A stretch of 49,024 nucleotides of DNA from Eubacteriales bacterium (GCA_045532215.1 JAZSFM010000030.1:1-49024), one strand, 5' to 3'; numbered from the stretch's first letter, positions 1-10,720 are shown. The notes: a model not told the origin generated them from the letters alone. Numbers and translations: made by a program.

Positions 1-134
1 TAAAAGGTCAAAAAAGGGAAGTCGTTAGTTTGCGGATACACGGATGGCGCGAGGGGAACCCTCGCTTTTGCTTGCGCGAACTCGCAGGGGCCACCGGGAC
101 CCTGCTCGTTAAGAGAGTTGATAAGAAGAAAGAC

Positions 135-160
135 GGGCGACCTGTTTTTGCAGGTCGCCC
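135..160 (-). terminator. Intrinsic terminator of the LRR lipoprotein gene
   Basis: Perfect 10-bp stem GGGCGACCTG/CAGGTCGCCC followed on the minus strand by GTCTTTCTTCTT, about 20 nt after the stop. Confidence 0.75.
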
Positions 161-181
161 ATTGGTGTTTTTAGGGATGAT

Positions 182-2356
182 TTAATTATGTTCGGTGGGG
201 TAGAGAATGGTTGCGCCAATAAAGGTGCCCATGCATTCATTCCAGCCCTCTCCTTTGCTCACCTTTGCCCAATCGTCCAAGGTTCCGCCGTAAACAACCG
301 ATTTGAGGTTTTCACAATAACAGAATGCATATTCGCCAATTTCTTTCAAACTCTTGGGGAGGTGAACGGTTTCGAGAGCTTCGCAAAAAGCAAAGGCATA
401 GGAATCTATCCACAAAAGCCCCTCACCAATGGTAACTGTTTTGAGCGACTGACAATTCATAAATGCATCTCCGCCAATGCTTGTTACACTACCGGGAATG
501 GTGATGCTCTCAAGCAACGAACAATCTTGGAATGCAGCAAGACCGATTGTTTTAACGCCCTCGGGGATTGTAATATTTTTGAGCGCATGGCACCCGCCGA
601 ATGCGTTGGAACCGATAAAGGTCAATCCCGCAGGCAACTTGACGCTGGCAAGCGAATGGCACCAATCAAACGTTCCTTCCTCAAGTCGGGTAACGCCGCC
701 CGGAACAACCAGGTCGGTAATGCTCTCGCATCCTGCAAAAGCTTCTTTTTCAATGGTGGTAACGGTTGTGGGAATTTGGAAATCCCCGAGCACTTCACAG
801 AAAACGAATGCACGCTCGCCAATGTAGGTGATGCCATCGGGGAGGATGAGGTCTTTGAGCGAATAACAGTGTCCAAACGTGCGCTCTTCAATTTTGGTAA
901 TGGGGCCAAAAATGTGAATGCTTTCTAACAGGTAGCAAGAATCAAAAGCAAAAGCGCCAATGCTTGTCACACTTTGGGGAATCGTGATGGAAATCAATTC
1001 CTGGCAAGCCGCAAATGCACAGTAGCCAATTGAGGTTATGGTATCGGGAATGGTGATTTGTGTCAATGCGACGCAACCGCCAAAGGCATAGTCGCCAATG
1101 CTTGTTACACTGCCGTCACCGGGAATGGTGCTCGTTTGGCAGCCCAAAACCAAAATTTTGTTTTGGGTGTCGATGAGGCAATCGAATTGGGAGTGGTAAT
1201 AGGGATTTTCTTCATCTACCTCAATGCTTGCAAGACTATAGCAAGAATTGAATGCATCGGGAGATATCAATTCTGCGCCCTTGCCGATTTTAATCGATGT
1301 AACCATCATACAACCGGCAAACGCATTGGCGGAAATAGTTTTCACCTTGTCGGGAATAACAATCTTTGGAATGCTCTGGCAAAGCAAGAATGCTTCTTCA
1401 CCGATGAATTCTACATTTTCAGGAATGTTGATTTGAGAAAGCAAAGTACACTCCGAGAATGCTTTGTTGCCAATTACCTTGAGGGTATCGGGCAAGGTAA
1501 CGGAAACGAGAATTTCATTTTTCGAAAAGAGTTCATCTATCAAGCCAACGGTACCGTCGCGCAGAGTAATTTTTGTTGCGTTGCCATCATAAGCAACCGC
1601 CCAAGTATCGATGTAGGTAATGCCGTCTTTGACCTCAAGAACTTTTTTACAGTTTTTAAAGGCAGAGGCATCAAGCGTTGTTACCGTGCTTGGAATATGA
1701 ACCTCAGCCAAGGCGGAACAATTGCGGAATGCGGAGTTTTCAATGGTTTCCAGTCCATCGGCAAGCGTAACGCTTTCGAGTGCACGGCAGTTATAAAATG
1801 CGCGATTGCCAATGGTGGTAACGCCTGCGGGAACGGCAATGCTCTTGAGAGCCGTGCAATCGCTGAACATTGATTGCCCAATGGTGGTGATACCGCTCGG
1901 AAGCGTAATGCTTTCGAGATTGTTGCAAGCGAAAAATGCAGAGTTGCCAATGCTCTTAACGCTATCGGCAATTACAATTTCGGTTGCCGTTTGGCAGTTA
2001 AAAAATGCATCCAAACCAATAGCGGTCACTTGGTAGTTGTCAATGGTTTGTCCAATCACGATTTTAGCATCCTTGCAAGTGCCAATGCCGGTAATGGTGC
2101 AGGTTTTGCCATCTTCATTGACCTGGTACTTCAGCCCCGTGGAAGAGGGAATAGGGGGGATGCTTTGCGTTTCTTTTTCACCGCAAGAGCAGGTGCGTTC
2201 CTGTGTGCCGCTCTCATTCAGGGTGGCTTCTTTGGTGATTTTCCATTCGCCAAACGCGTGAGTGTGTTCCTCTGGCGTTTTGTTGCAGGATGCCAACACC
2301 AACAGCGATAGAATGAATAAGACGACCAATAAGTTTTTAACAAATGTGTTTTTCAT
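182..2356 (-). CDS. BspA-type leucine-rich-repeat (LRR_5) surface lipoprotein
   Basis: Start MKNTFVK after RBS GGAAAGGAG; lipobox LASC; HxHxFGEW..CSCG module; many IPxxVTxIGxxAFxxCxxL repeats. Confidence 0.9.
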   Translation of the reverse strand: MKNTFVKNLLVVLFILSLLVLASCNKTPEEHTHAFGEWKITKEATLNESGTQERTCSCGEKETQSIPPIPSSTGLKYQVNEDGKTCTITGIGTCKDAKIVIGQTIDNYQVTAIGLDAFFNCQTATEIVIADSVKSIGNSAFFACNNLESITLPSGITTIGQSMFSDCTALKSIAVPAGVTTIGNRAFYNCRALESVTLADGLETIENSAFRNCSALAEVHIPSTVTTLDASAFKNCKKVLEVKDGITYIDTWAVAYDGNATKITLRDGTVGLIDELFSKNEILVSVTLPDTLKVIGNKAFSECTLLSQINIPENVEFIGEEAFLLCQSIPKIVIPDKVKTISANAFAGCMMVTSIKIGKGAELISPDAFNSCYSLASIEVDEENPYYHSQFDCLIDTQNKILVLGCQTSTIPGDGSVTSIGDYAFGGCVALTQITIPDTITSIGYCAFAACQELISITIPQSVTSIGAFAFDSCYLLESIHIFGPITKIEERTFGHCYSLKDLILPDGITYIGERAFVFCEVLGDFQIPTTVTTIEKEAFAGCESITDLVVPGGVTRLEEGTFDWCHSLASVKLPAGLTFIGSNAFGGCHALKNITIPEGVKTIGLAAFQDCSLLESITIPGSVTSIGGDAFMNCQSLKTVTIGEGLLWIDSYAFAFCEALETVHLPKSLKEIGEYAFCYCENLKSVVYGGTLDDWAKVSKGEGWNECMGTFIGATILYPTEHN

Positions 2357-2478
2357 AAAAACTCCTTTCCCAGAGCCCATATTCTAAGACTCTTTACAGT
2401 AATAAACGGAAATTATGACACATATATCACATAAATTTCAAAAAAAATAAAAATATTTTCAATCTGTAATAAGAGTGC

Positions 2479-2542
2479 TTTTTGGAAGGGGTGCGGGGAA
2501 ACCTTTTTCCCGAAAAAGGTTTCCCCGCAATCATTCTAAAAA
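2479..2542 (-). repeat. REP-like hairpin repeat, copy 1
   Basis: TGCGGGGAAACCTTTTT-loop-AAAAAGGTTTCCCCGCA plus CCCCTTCCAAAAA tail; near-identical copy at 20231-20296. Confidence 0.8.
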
Positions 2543-3391
2543 TCATTCTTTATGCAACGCTGCCCCAATAACGGTGCCGAACTGTGCGTTTTCGGGGATG
2601 ACGAAGTGAACGCCGAAGCTATCTCCGAGGGACTCGAAAACGTTGCGGATGGGCTGAATGGTTGTCAAGTTTCCGATGAGGACAATATCCTTGATATTGT
2701 AGCTACGTGCGGCAAAAATTGAGAGCATTGCAACGGTTTCGGCTACCAAATTGGAAATACCAAGGGCGAGGTCGGCATTGGTTGCGATGTCCGAAACCTT
2801 TCCAAAGTTTGCGGCGGTGAGGTTTTCGTTAATACCGTGGTAAGAGCGATTTTGCGCGATATCCTTGATGCGCAAGTCGATGTTACCAAGGTCTCCGTCA
2901 GCCGCGAGTTTTTCAATGTGCTCGATGGTGTCCACACCGATGAGCTTGCGAGAGAGTCCGATGAGCGTTCCACCGCCCACGCCTGTGCCACCGAGATACT
3001 TAATCTCGTGTCCGCCGGATGTGCGTTTTGCATGGTTGATGGCAGTACCCGTGCCCATGCTGACAACGATGGCTTCGTCAAGCCCCGAGAGGTAAAGACC
3101 GCCCACACCGCTGCTTGTGAACTCCGGAACGGGAGAGCAGGGGAGATTGTAAATTGCGTCTTTCACGTAAACCGAGCCGGCGCCTGTCATCATAATGCGG
3201 TCGATGTCGCCGAGTGTCAAATTATTTTCGGTGGTAAATTTACCAAACGCGCCGTAGATCGATGTCAAGGGGTCTGTCGCACGCACAAATTGCGGTGCGA
3301 TGAGTTCTTGCTCACCGTTTTTATTTTGACGGAAGCCCACAATTTTGGTGGTTGTTCCGCCTACGTCAATGCCAATTACAGTTCTGTTCAT
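2543..3391 (-). CDS. coaW: Type II pantothenate kinase (CoaW/Fumble-like)
   Basis: Start MNRTVIGIDVGGTTTK; motifs TGAGS, VSMGTG, GGTGVGGGT, LTAANFGK. Confidence 0.85.
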   Translation of the reverse strand: MNRTVIGIDVGGTTTKIVGFRQNKNGEQELIAPQFVRATDPLTSIYGAFGKFTTENNLTLGDIDRIMMTGAGSVYVKDAIYNLPCSPVPEFTSSGVGGLYLSGLDEAIVVSMGTGTAINHAKRTSGGHEIKYLGGTGVGGGTLIGLSRKLIGVDTIEHIEKLAADGDLGNIDLRIKDIAQNRSYHGINENLTAANFGKVSDIATNADLALGISNLVAETVAMLSIFAARSYNIKDIVLIGNLTTIQPIRNVFESLGDSFGVHFVIPENAQFGTVIGAALHKE

Positions 3392-3428
3392 AGCTTTCAA
3401 ACAGTCCTTTCCAAGCTTTTCTAAATTT

Positions 3429-3471
3429 ATTATAACACCTACTTGTAAAAATTGCAAGAATATGTTATAAT
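3429..3471. promoter_or_regulatory. Overlapping divergent sigma-A promoters for coaW and rqcH
   Basis: Plus strand TTGTAA-17-TATAAT (3443-3471, TG-extended); minus strand TTGCAA-17-TATAAT (3457-3429). Confidence 0.6.
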
Positions 3472-3505
3472 ATTTCATAAAGTTTTTTAGAAAGGGGGAT
3501 AAAAG

Positions 3506-5272
3506 ATGGCTTTTGACGCAGGAATGCTTGCTTGTATGATTGCCGAGGTCAAGGCAGTGGCACTTGGCGCGCGTATTGAACGCGTGTTCCAACCCGAGCG
3601 CGACGAGATCGTTTTGCAGATGCGCAGTCTCGAGGGCGGAAAGCGGTTGCTTATCAATGCAGGTTCGTCCAATCCCCGTTTCGGTTTTACCAACGAGCAA
3701 AAGGAAAACCCACAAACACCCCCTATGCTTTGTATGCTGTTGCGCAAGCATTTGCAAGGCGCAAAATTGACCGATCTTCGCCAAGAGGGCTTTGAGCGTG
3801 TGGTGACACTTGAGTTTGAAACGCGCGACGAAATGGGCTTTGATTGCCACCGCTATCTCGTTTGCGAGATTATGGGCAAGCATAGCAATCTAATGCTCCT
3901 CAACGATGAAAAACGCGTAATGGCAGTTTTGCATCCCGTTGATTTTTCTACCTCGGCACTCCGTCAGGTTCTGCCGGGAATGACCTACGAACTCCCTCCA
4001 CCGCAAGAGAAGACCAATCCGCTCGATGTATCCCAAGAGGGTTTCTGGGCACTTTGGAAAGAAGCCGCGCCCGAACGCCCTGCCGATAAGTGGATCAGCA
4101 CGGCCTTCCTCGGCATTTCCGCGGCGGTGGCTCGTGAGATCGTGTGGCGCACCACTGGCGAGACCGATACTCCCGTAACCTTTTGCCGTGTGGATAAGCT
4201 TTGGGAAAACTTTGCGAGCGTTATTGAGATGATTCGCTCGTCGAATTATACTCCCGTGATGGTTCTACAAGGGAACAAGCCCGTAGAGTATGCATTCTGC
4301 GAGCTCCGTCACTACGGTACTGATTTTGAACTTCGCCCCTACACAAGTGCGGGGCAGATGCTCGATGATTTCTTCCACACGCGCGATAGAGAAAATCATA
4401 TCCGTCAGCGTGCGACAGATATTCTGCGCATTTTGACAAATGCAGACGCGCGTCTGCGCAAAAAGATAGAACTGCAACGCGGCGAGCTTGCCGATTGCGA
4501 GCGCGGGGAAGAATACAAAAAGTATGCCGATCTTATCACGGGCAATCTTTATCAACTTTCGCGCGGAATGAGTGAGGCGACACTTACCGACTATGAGGAC
4601 TACCGTGAGGACGGCACCTTTGGCACTTGCAAGGTGGCACTCAACAATCGTCTTTCTCCCTCGGCTAACGCACAGGTCTATTACAAAAAGTATAACAAAT
4701 CCAAAACTGCGCGTGTAGAACTGGCCAAGCAGATCGCGCTCGGTGAAGCAGAGCTTCGCTACATCGATACTGTTTTTGATGCACTGACACACGCCGAAAC
4801 AGCTGCAGATTTAGCCGAGATCCGCGAGGAGCTCTACCGCTCGGGTTACGCGTCGCGTATGAAGAACTATTCGCTTGCCAAAAAGATGCCCACGCCCACA
4901 GTTGCTGAATTCCGCACGTCGGGCGGTTATCGTGTGCTTTGCGGCAAGAACAATCTGCAAAACGAATATATCACTCACAAGGTGGCGGGCAAAAACGATT
5001 TTTGGTTCCACGTCAAAGGCATGCCGGGGTCTCACACGGTAATGTTGACCGGCGGTGATGATCCCCCTGCCGAAAACTTTACGGAAGCCGCTGAAATTGC
5101 CGCTTTCTACTCAAAGGGAGCGGACGGCGAGAACGTTGAGGTCGATTACACCCTTGTTCGCAACGTCAAAAAGCCAGCGGGCGGCAAACCGGGACTTGTG
5201 ATCTATCACACCAACTGGTCGTGTGTTGTCACGCCCAATGCCGAGCGTATCAAAGCGATGCGCGTGAAATAA
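3506..5272 (+). CDS. rqcH: Ribosome quality control protein RqcH (FbpA/NFACT family)
   Basis: MAFDAG start, PPMLCMLLRKHL, EIMGKHSN, C-terminal GKNNLQNE..WFHVKGMPGSH..AAFYSK NFACT-R domain. Confidence 0.92.
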   Translation: MAFDAGMLACMIAEVKAVALGARIERVFQPERDEIVLQMRSLEGGKRLLINAGSSNPRFGFTNEQKENPQTPPMLCMLLRKHLQGAKLTDLRQEGFERVVTLEFETRDEMGFDCHRYLVCEIMGKHSNLMLLNDEKRVMAVLHPVDFSTSALRQVLPGMTYELPPPQEKTNPLDVSQEGFWALWKEAAPERPADKWISTAFLGISAAVAREIVWRTTGETDTPVTFCRVDKLWENFASVIEMIRSSNYTPVMVLQGNKPVEYAFCELRHYGTDFELRPYTSAGQMLDDFFHTRDRENHIRQRATDILRILTNADARLRKKIELQRGELADCERGEEYKKYADLITGNLYQLSRGMSEATLTDYEDYREDGTFGTCKVALNNRLSPSANAQVYYKKYNKSKTARVELAKQIALGEAELRYIDTVFDALTHAETAADLAEIREELYRSGYASRMKNYSLAKKMPTPTVAEFRTSGGYRVLCGKNNLQNEYITHKVAGKNDFWFHVKGMPGSHTVMLTGGDDPPAENFTEAAEIAAFYSKGADGENVEVDYTLVRNVKKPAGGKPGLVIYHTNWSCVVTPNAERIKAMRVK

Positions 5273-5292
5273 TCACGATATTAGAGGTAAAT

Positions 5293-6198
5293 ATGAAATA
5301 CGATATTGCTATTGTTGGCGGCGGTCCTGCCGGCATGACAGCCGCGCTTTATGCGGCAAGAGCAGGCAAAAGTGTTGTCCTGTTTGAAGGCGATATGCTT
5401 GGCGGACAAATTCTGCCAACGCGAAAAATCGATAACTATCCCGCTCTCCCCGATGTGGACGGCTACACCTTTGCCGATGGACTGACAAAACAAATTACGG
5501 CTCTTGGCGTAGCGGTTATCTATGCCACCGTTACTAAAATCGAAAAGACCGATGACACCTTCTCTCTTTTGACAAGTGGGGAAGTATGCTGTGCCTCTGC
5601 CGTTATTCTTGCAACGGGACTCAAGCATCGCAAGCTCGGTCTTGCGGGTGAGGATGCACTCATCGGACGCGGCATCTCCTTCTGCGCAACCTGTGACGGA
5701 ATGTTCTTCCGCAAAAAAGAGGTCGCCGTTGTTGGCGGCGGCAACACCGCTGTGCAGGACGCCCTGGTTCTCGCGGAGTATTGCTCTCGCGTTTATCTCA
5801 TTCACCGCCGAGGCGAATTGCGTGCCGAACGCAACCTTGCGGAGCAAATGAGAGCCAAAGAGAACATCGAGTTCATCGGAGAGACGGTGATTGAGGAGTT
5901 TGAGGGCGAGGAAAATTTGCAGTCTCTCACACTCCGCAACGTTGCCACGGGAGCGGTACAATATCTGCCGGTGGCGGCATTGTTCGAGGCCATTGGGCAG
6001 CTTCCGCAAAATGCGGCGTTTGCAGACCTTGTTGAACTTGACGAGGATGGCTACTTTATTATCGACAATAACTGCGCAACCTCTTTCCCCGGCATTTTTG
6101 CCGCGGGTGATGCTTGTCGCAAGAATATTCGTCAGTTGACCACGGCGGTCTCCGACGGAACGGTTGCCGCGCTTTCAGCGGTCGAATATTTGCGATAA
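5293..6198 (+). CDS. trxB: Thioredoxin reductase
   Basis: GGGPAG FAD motif, GISFCATCDG redox CxxC, GGGNTA, GIFAAGD; start MKYDI after GAGGT. Confidence 0.9.
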   Translation: MKYDIAIVGGGPAGMTAALYAARAGKSVVLFEGDMLGGQILPTRKIDNYPALPDVDGYTFADGLTKQITALGVAVIYATVTKIEKTDDTFSLLTSGEVCCASAVILATGLKHRKLGLAGEDALIGRGISFCATCDGMFFRKKEVAVVGGGNTAVQDALVLAEYCSRVYLIHRRGELRAERNLAEQMRAKENIEFIGETVIEEFEGEENLQSLTLRNVATGAVQYLPVAALFEAIGQLPQNAAFADLVELDEDGYFIIDNNCATSFPGIFAAGDACRKNIRQLTTAVSDGTVAALSAVEYLR

Positions 6199-6253
6199 AA
6201 CAAACAGACTTTCTCAACTATAGCAAAATTCCTTTTGAAAGGAGAGTACAACT

Positions 6254-7615
6254 ATGAAAATTTTGATTTGCGGTTACGGTGACATTGGCGAAACCCTTGC
6301 TCGAGAGTTTGGCGAGGCGGGTTATGACTTGACGTTGATGGACTCCAATCCGCAAGTGCTTGAGAGCGGTATTAATCGCTATGACGTTATGGCGGTGCAG
6401 GGCAACTGTGCGTCCATGGAGTCGCTTCAACGCGCAGGTGTCAAAAAATGCAAGCTTCTCATTGCCTGCACGGGTAGCGATGAGCTCAATCTGCTTTGCT
6501 GTATGACAGCGCACACGCTCAATCCGCGCATCCACACCATTGCGCGCATCCGCGATCCCGAATATTTGGAGCAGGCATATGCTATGCGTGATGCGTTTGG
6601 CATCTCCTTGACCTTTAACCCCGAGCAGGATGCCGCCGCTGAACTTGAGCGACTCATCAAATACCCCGGCTTTTTGACGCGTGAGGCCTTTATGGGGGGC
6701 CGAGCCGAATTAGCAGAACTGCGCATTGAAGAGGGAAGTCGCCTGTGCAACGTAGCGCTTTCCAATCTTGATAGTATTCTGCACACAAGAGTGCTTGTTT
6801 GTGTTGTCTTGCGCGATGGTGAGACGATTATCCCCGATGGTAAATTCGTGCTTCGAGCGGGTGACCGCATCTTTGTGACCGCCGCTCCCGATGACCTTGC
6901 CATTATGCTCAAAAGTCTTGGCATTGTTACCCACAAGGCACGCCGCGTAATGATTGTTGGCGGAGGCGCCATGTCCTACTATCTTGCAAAGCGCCTCAAA
7001 AACAGCCGCTCGATTGACATTACCATCTTTGAGCGTGATGCACAGCGTTGCTTGGAACTGAGCGAACTTTTGCCGCGTGCGGCGGTCGTACATGGTGACG
7101 ACGGAAACCTGACCTTCCTTGAAAAAGAGGGATTGGCACAAGCCGATTCGCTTCTTTCCTTGACCGATTCCGACGAACAGAACGTTATCGTTTCTCTTTA
7201 TGCCGAAAGTTTGGGCGTGCCACAGGTTGTTACCCGACTTGGAAGACTGGATAATTCTTCGTTCATCGATGAACTTTCCATCGGTAGCGTGGTTTCTCCC
7301 GGTAAGCTTTGTTGCAATACCATTGTTCGCTATGTGCGTGCAATGAAGAACCGCGACGGTGCTGCTACCGCCATTCACTACATCGCAGACGGACAAGCCG
7401 AGGCAATCGAATTTTTGGTTGACCCCGACACCTTCCATTGCGGTGAACCTTTGAAAAAAATCAAATTGAAAGAGAACGTTCGCCTCTCTTGCATTGCACG
7501 CGGCAACGAAATAATCATCCCCGGTGGTGACGATTGTTTCCAAGAGGGAGATAATGTAGTGGTTGTTGTCAACGGTGAGAGCAACGTGCTCGAACTCAAC
7601 GATATCTTTGTATAA
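6254..7615 (+). CDS. trkA: Trk potassium uptake NAD-binding subunit
   Basis: Two RCK_N/RCK_C pairs (GYGDIG, GGGAMS, IPDG, IPGG); upstream of trkH. Confidence 0.92.
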   Translation: MKILICGYGDIGETLAREFGEAGYDLTLMDSNPQVLESGINRYDVMAVQGNCASMESLQRAGVKKCKLLIACTGSDELNLLCCMTAHTLNPRIHTIARIRDPEYLEQAYAMRDAFGISLTFNPEQDAAAELERLIKYPGFLTREAFMGGRAELAELRIEEGSRLCNVALSNLDSILHTRVLVCVVLRDGETIIPDGKFVLRAGDRIFVTAAPDDLAIMLKSLGIVTHKARRVMIVGGGAMSYYLAKRLKNSRSIDITIFERDAQRCLELSELLPRAAVVHGDDGNLTFLEKEGLAQADSLLSLTDSDEQNVIVSLYAESLGVPQVVTRLGRLDNSSFIDELSIGSVVSPGKLCCNTIVRYVRAMKNRDGAATAIHYIADGQAEAIEFLVDPDTFHCGEPLKKIKLKENVRLSCIARGNEIIIPGGDDCFQEGDNVVVVVNGESNVLELNDIFV

Positions 7616-7626
7616 GGGAGCGGATT

Positions 7627-9081
7627 ATGAATTATAAAATGATCAGCCGCTTTCTTTCACTGATTTGTATGGCAGAAGCCGTGTTTATGTTGCCGGCATT
7701 TGCCCTGAGCATTTACGATCGGCAAACACAGGCGGTTTTGGGCTTTGCAGTATCCATTTGCATTGCTTTGGCTCTCTATATAGCATTAAAACTTCTCTCG
7801 CGCAATACGGTCAATCGTCTCACGGCTCGTGAGGGATTTGTTTGCACGGCAGCGAGCTGGATTTTGATGAGTCTGATTGGAGCCGTTCCCTTTGTTGTGT
7901 CGGGTGAAATTCCGCATTTTATCGATGCGCTTTTTGAAATTGTCTCCGGTTTTACCACAACGGGTTCTTCGGTTGTTCCCAACGTCGAATCCCTCTCGCG
8001 CGGTATTCTATATTGGCGTAGCTTTAGCCACTGGGTAGGTGGTATGGGTGTTCTCGTCTTTCTCTTGGCGCTGGTTCCCGGTGGAAAAAAGAGCGAGGGT
8101 TTTACCATGCACCTCTTCCGTGCAGAAAGCCCCGGTCCCGAGGTGGGAAAGCTTGTTCCCAAGCTCCGCCAAACTGCAATCTACCTTTACTGCACCTATA
8201 TGGTGCTCAGTGTGCTCAATTTTGCCCTTTTAATGCTTGGCGATATGAATTGGTTTGAGGCACTCTGCACGATGTTCGGCACGGCAGGTACGGGTGGGTT
8301 TGGTACTAGGGCGGATAGTCTGGGTGGCTTTAGTCCTTATATTCAAAACGTTACCACAGTGTTTATGCTGCTCTTTGGCGTAAACTTTAGCTGCTATTAT
8401 CTCATCATTTTGCGGCAATTCCGTGCAGTAATCAAGGATGAGGAATTACGGTTGTATTTCAGTATCGTTGCTGTAAGCATTCTGCTCGTTACGTGGAATA
8501 TTGCGGGAATGTACGATACTCTCGGAGAAGGACTTCGCCACGCGGCGTTTCAGGTGGCAAGTATCATTTCGACCACAGGCTTTTCAACGGTCGACTTTGA
8601 TGCGTGGCCTACCTTCTCAAAAGGAATTTTGACCATTTTGATGGTTACGGGTGCTTGCGCGGGCAGTACCTGCGGCGGTATGAAGTGTGCGCGAGTGCTG
8701 CTTTTGTTCAAAGGACTCCGTCGCAATATTCGTCAGATGGTTCACCCCAACAGAGTCGAGGTTGTTCGTGTTAACGGCCGCGCCGTAGATGAAAAGGTTA
8801 TGTCGGGCGTTAACGGATATCTTTCCGCTTATATGCTTATTCTGTTTTTGAGCTTTGTTGTTATTTGCTTTGACGGCTTTTCCATCGGCACAAATTTCAG
8901 CGCCGTGTTGGCCTGCTTTAACAACATAGGCCCCGGCTTTGAGGCCGTAGGACCAATGATGAATTTTGGCAATTACAGCGCTCTTTCCAAGCTTGTTCTC
9001 ACGTTTGATATGCTTGCAGGCAGACTTGAAATTTTCCCAATACTGTTATTCTTTGCTCCGGGCAGTTGGAAGAAAAATTGA
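7627..9081 (+). CDS. trkH: Trk potassium uptake membrane subunit
   Basis: SGFTTTG, GTGGF, STTGF and NNIGPG pore loops; GRLEIFP. Confidence 0.93.
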   Translation: MNYKMISRFLSLICMAEAVFMLPAFALSIYDRQTQAVLGFAVSICIALALYIALKLLSRNTVNRLTAREGFVCTAASWILMSLIGAVPFVVSGEIPHFIDALFEIVSGFTTTGSSVVPNVESLSRGILYWRSFSHWVGGMGVLVFLLALVPGGKKSEGFTMHLFRAESPGPEVGKLVPKLRQTAIYLYCTYMVLSVLNFALLMLGDMNWFEALCTMFGTAGTGGFGTRADSLGGFSPYIQNVTTVFMLLFGVNFSCYYLIILRQFRAVIKDEELRLYFSIVAVSILLVTWNIAGMYDTLGEGLRHAAFQVASIISTTGFSTVDFDAWPTFSKGILTILMVTGACAGSTCGGMKCARVLLLFKGLRRNIRQMVHPNRVEVVRVNGRAVDEKVMSGVNGYLSAYMLILFLSFVVICFDGFSIGTNFSAVLACFNNIGPGFEAVGPMMNFGNYSALSKLVLTFDMLAGRLEIFPILLFFAPGSWKKN

Positions 9082-9089
9082 TAAACAAA

Positions 9090-9119
9090 AAGGAAGTCGC
9101 TCCTTGGAACGACTTCCTT
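9090..9119. terminator. Bidirectional terminator between trkH and the convergent operon
   Basis: AAGGAAGTCG..CGACTTCCTT stem with A/T tracts on both sides. Confidence 0.75.
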
Positions 9120-9125
9120 GATTTT

Positions 9126-9476
9126 TTATTCCATATTTGCAGTAACAACTACGTTAGCGCCCGTGTTCAAAAGATTTTCAATGACAATATCACCGATGTG
9201 AGCAGGGAGAGTAACGATAGAAGAATTGATTTCTTTCATACACGCAAACATCAAATCCTTTGGAATGGGTCTGTCTGTTTTTACGGGGATGACGCCACCT
9301 TCGGTGGTGCGAGCGGTCGTTGTGATGGTGCGCACGGGATTGGTGCACTCATCGATTGCGTATTGCTTGCCGCGAGGGCAGGTGTTGCCCGTCACCTCGG
9401 TAACAACTCCGTTCTCAAGCGTAACGCTCAGTTGGCAACCGATGGGGCAAACGATACAGGTAAGCTCTCTTTTCAT
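9126..9476 (-). CDS. DUF1667 small CxxC metal-binding subunit
   Basis: MKRELTCIVCPIGC..GNTCPRG..PVKT; last gene of the flavoprotein trio. Confidence 0.8.
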   Translation of the reverse strand: MKRELTCIVCPIGCQLSVTLENGVVTEVTGNTCPRGKQYAIDECTNPVRTITTTARTTEGGVIPVKTDRPIPKDLMFACMKEINSSIVTLPAHIGDIVIENLLNTGANVVVTANME

Positions 9477-9477
9477 A

Positions 9478-10719
9478 TCAGCGCACCTCCAAAACAAATT
9501 TCAGTTCTTTTGCATCCGAAAAGGCAGATGCTTTGATGGTGATGCTTTCCATCTCACCGGGAGCCATACGGCTCTTTTTCTTTTGCGCAACAACGCGCTC
9601 GCCGTCAAGAACCTTGAGCGTGACGTTTCTGTAAACGTCGGCTACGCGGAAGTACACGGTAATGTCCTTTTCTGCAGTAATGATCTGCGGCACAGTATAG
9701 CGCACGCGTCCGTCGGTAGAGAGGGGAATGTGAAGTTTCTTTTTTGTTTCACCAAGAATGTATGCCGCCGCACTCTTGCCGGCAACCTCGGCTTCTTCGG
9801 AAACGAAGTCAACGAGGTCGTGTACGTGGAGCACGTTGCCGCAAGCGAAAATGCCTTCGGTGGCGGTTTGTCTGTCCTGATCGACCACAGCACCGTTTGT
9901 TACGCGGTCAAGGGCAACGTCGGCGGTTTTGGAGAGCTCATTCTCGGGAATGAGACCAACCGAGAGCAGAAGCGTATCACAGGGAATATATTCGCGCGTT
10001 TCTGCAATGGGACGGCGACGCTCATCCACCTTTGCAATGGTAACGCCCTCAAGACGCTCACGACCGTGAATTTCAACTACGGTGTGGCTGAGCTTGAGCG
10101 GAATATTGAAATCATTGAGACATTGCTCAATGTTGCGCGCAAGTCCGCCCGAATAGGGCATCAGCTCGCAAACGGCATGCACCTTTGCGCCCTCGAGCGT
10201 CATACGGCGTGCCATAATCAGTCCAATATCACCCGAGCCGAGAATGACAACTTCTTTACCGGGTAGATATCCCTTGAGGTTGACGTACTTTTGTGCCGTT
10301 CCTGCGCTATAAATACCTGCAGGGCGTGTGCCAGCAATATTGAGTGCTCCGCGAGAACGTTCACGGCAACCCATCGCCAAAATAATTGCTTTGGCCTTGA
10401 GTTGGAACACACCGCTCTCTGTATTTGTTGCGGTAATCACTTTGTCGGGGGTGATGTCAAGCACCATTGTATTCAAAAGGGTGGGGATTTTTTTCTCAAT
10501 AACTTCTTTTTCATAACGCCAAGCGTATTCGGGGCCGGTCAACTCCTCGCCAAAGCGGTGCAGACCAAAGCCGTTGTGAATACATTGTTGCAAAATGCCG
10601 CCGAGTTTTTCGTCGCGTTCAAGGATAAGTAGGTCGCGAATGCCTGCTTCGTGCGCCGCAAGAGCCGCGCTCATACCGGCGGGACCGCCGCCAATGATAA
10701 CAAGATCAATTTCTCTCAT
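9478..10719 (-). CDS. NAD(P)/FAD-dependent oxidoreductase
   Basis: GGGPAG, QCIHNGFG, ELTGPEY, GSGDIG, GNVLHVHDLVD. Confidence 0.88.
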   Translation of the reverse strand: MREIDLVIIGGGPAGMSAALAAHEAGIRDLLILERDEKLGGILQQCIHNGFGLHRFGEELTGPEYAWRYEKEVIEKKIPTLLNTMVLDITPDKVITATNTESGVFQLKAKAIILAMGCRERSRGALNIAGTRPAGIYSAGTAQKYVNLKGYLPGKEVVILGSGDIGLIMARRMTLEGAKVHAVCELMPYSGGLARNIEQCLNDFNIPLKLSHTVVEIHGRERLEGVTIAKVDERRRPIAETREYIPCDTLLLSVGLIPENELSKTADVALDRVTNGAVVDQDRQTATEGIFACGNVLHVHDLVDFVSEEAEVAGKSAAAYILGETKKKLHIPLSTDGRVRYTVPQIITAEKDITVYFRVADVYRNVTLKVLDGERVVAQKKKSRMAPGEMESITIKASAFSDAKELKFVLEVR

Positions 10720-10720
10720 A

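Noticed and set aside
3392-3883. N-terminal extensions in the ORF track (coaW; also at 5221, 17448, 25163, 35379)
   Set aside because: They overlap other genes or regulatory DNA; downstream starts have RBSs and match family N-termini
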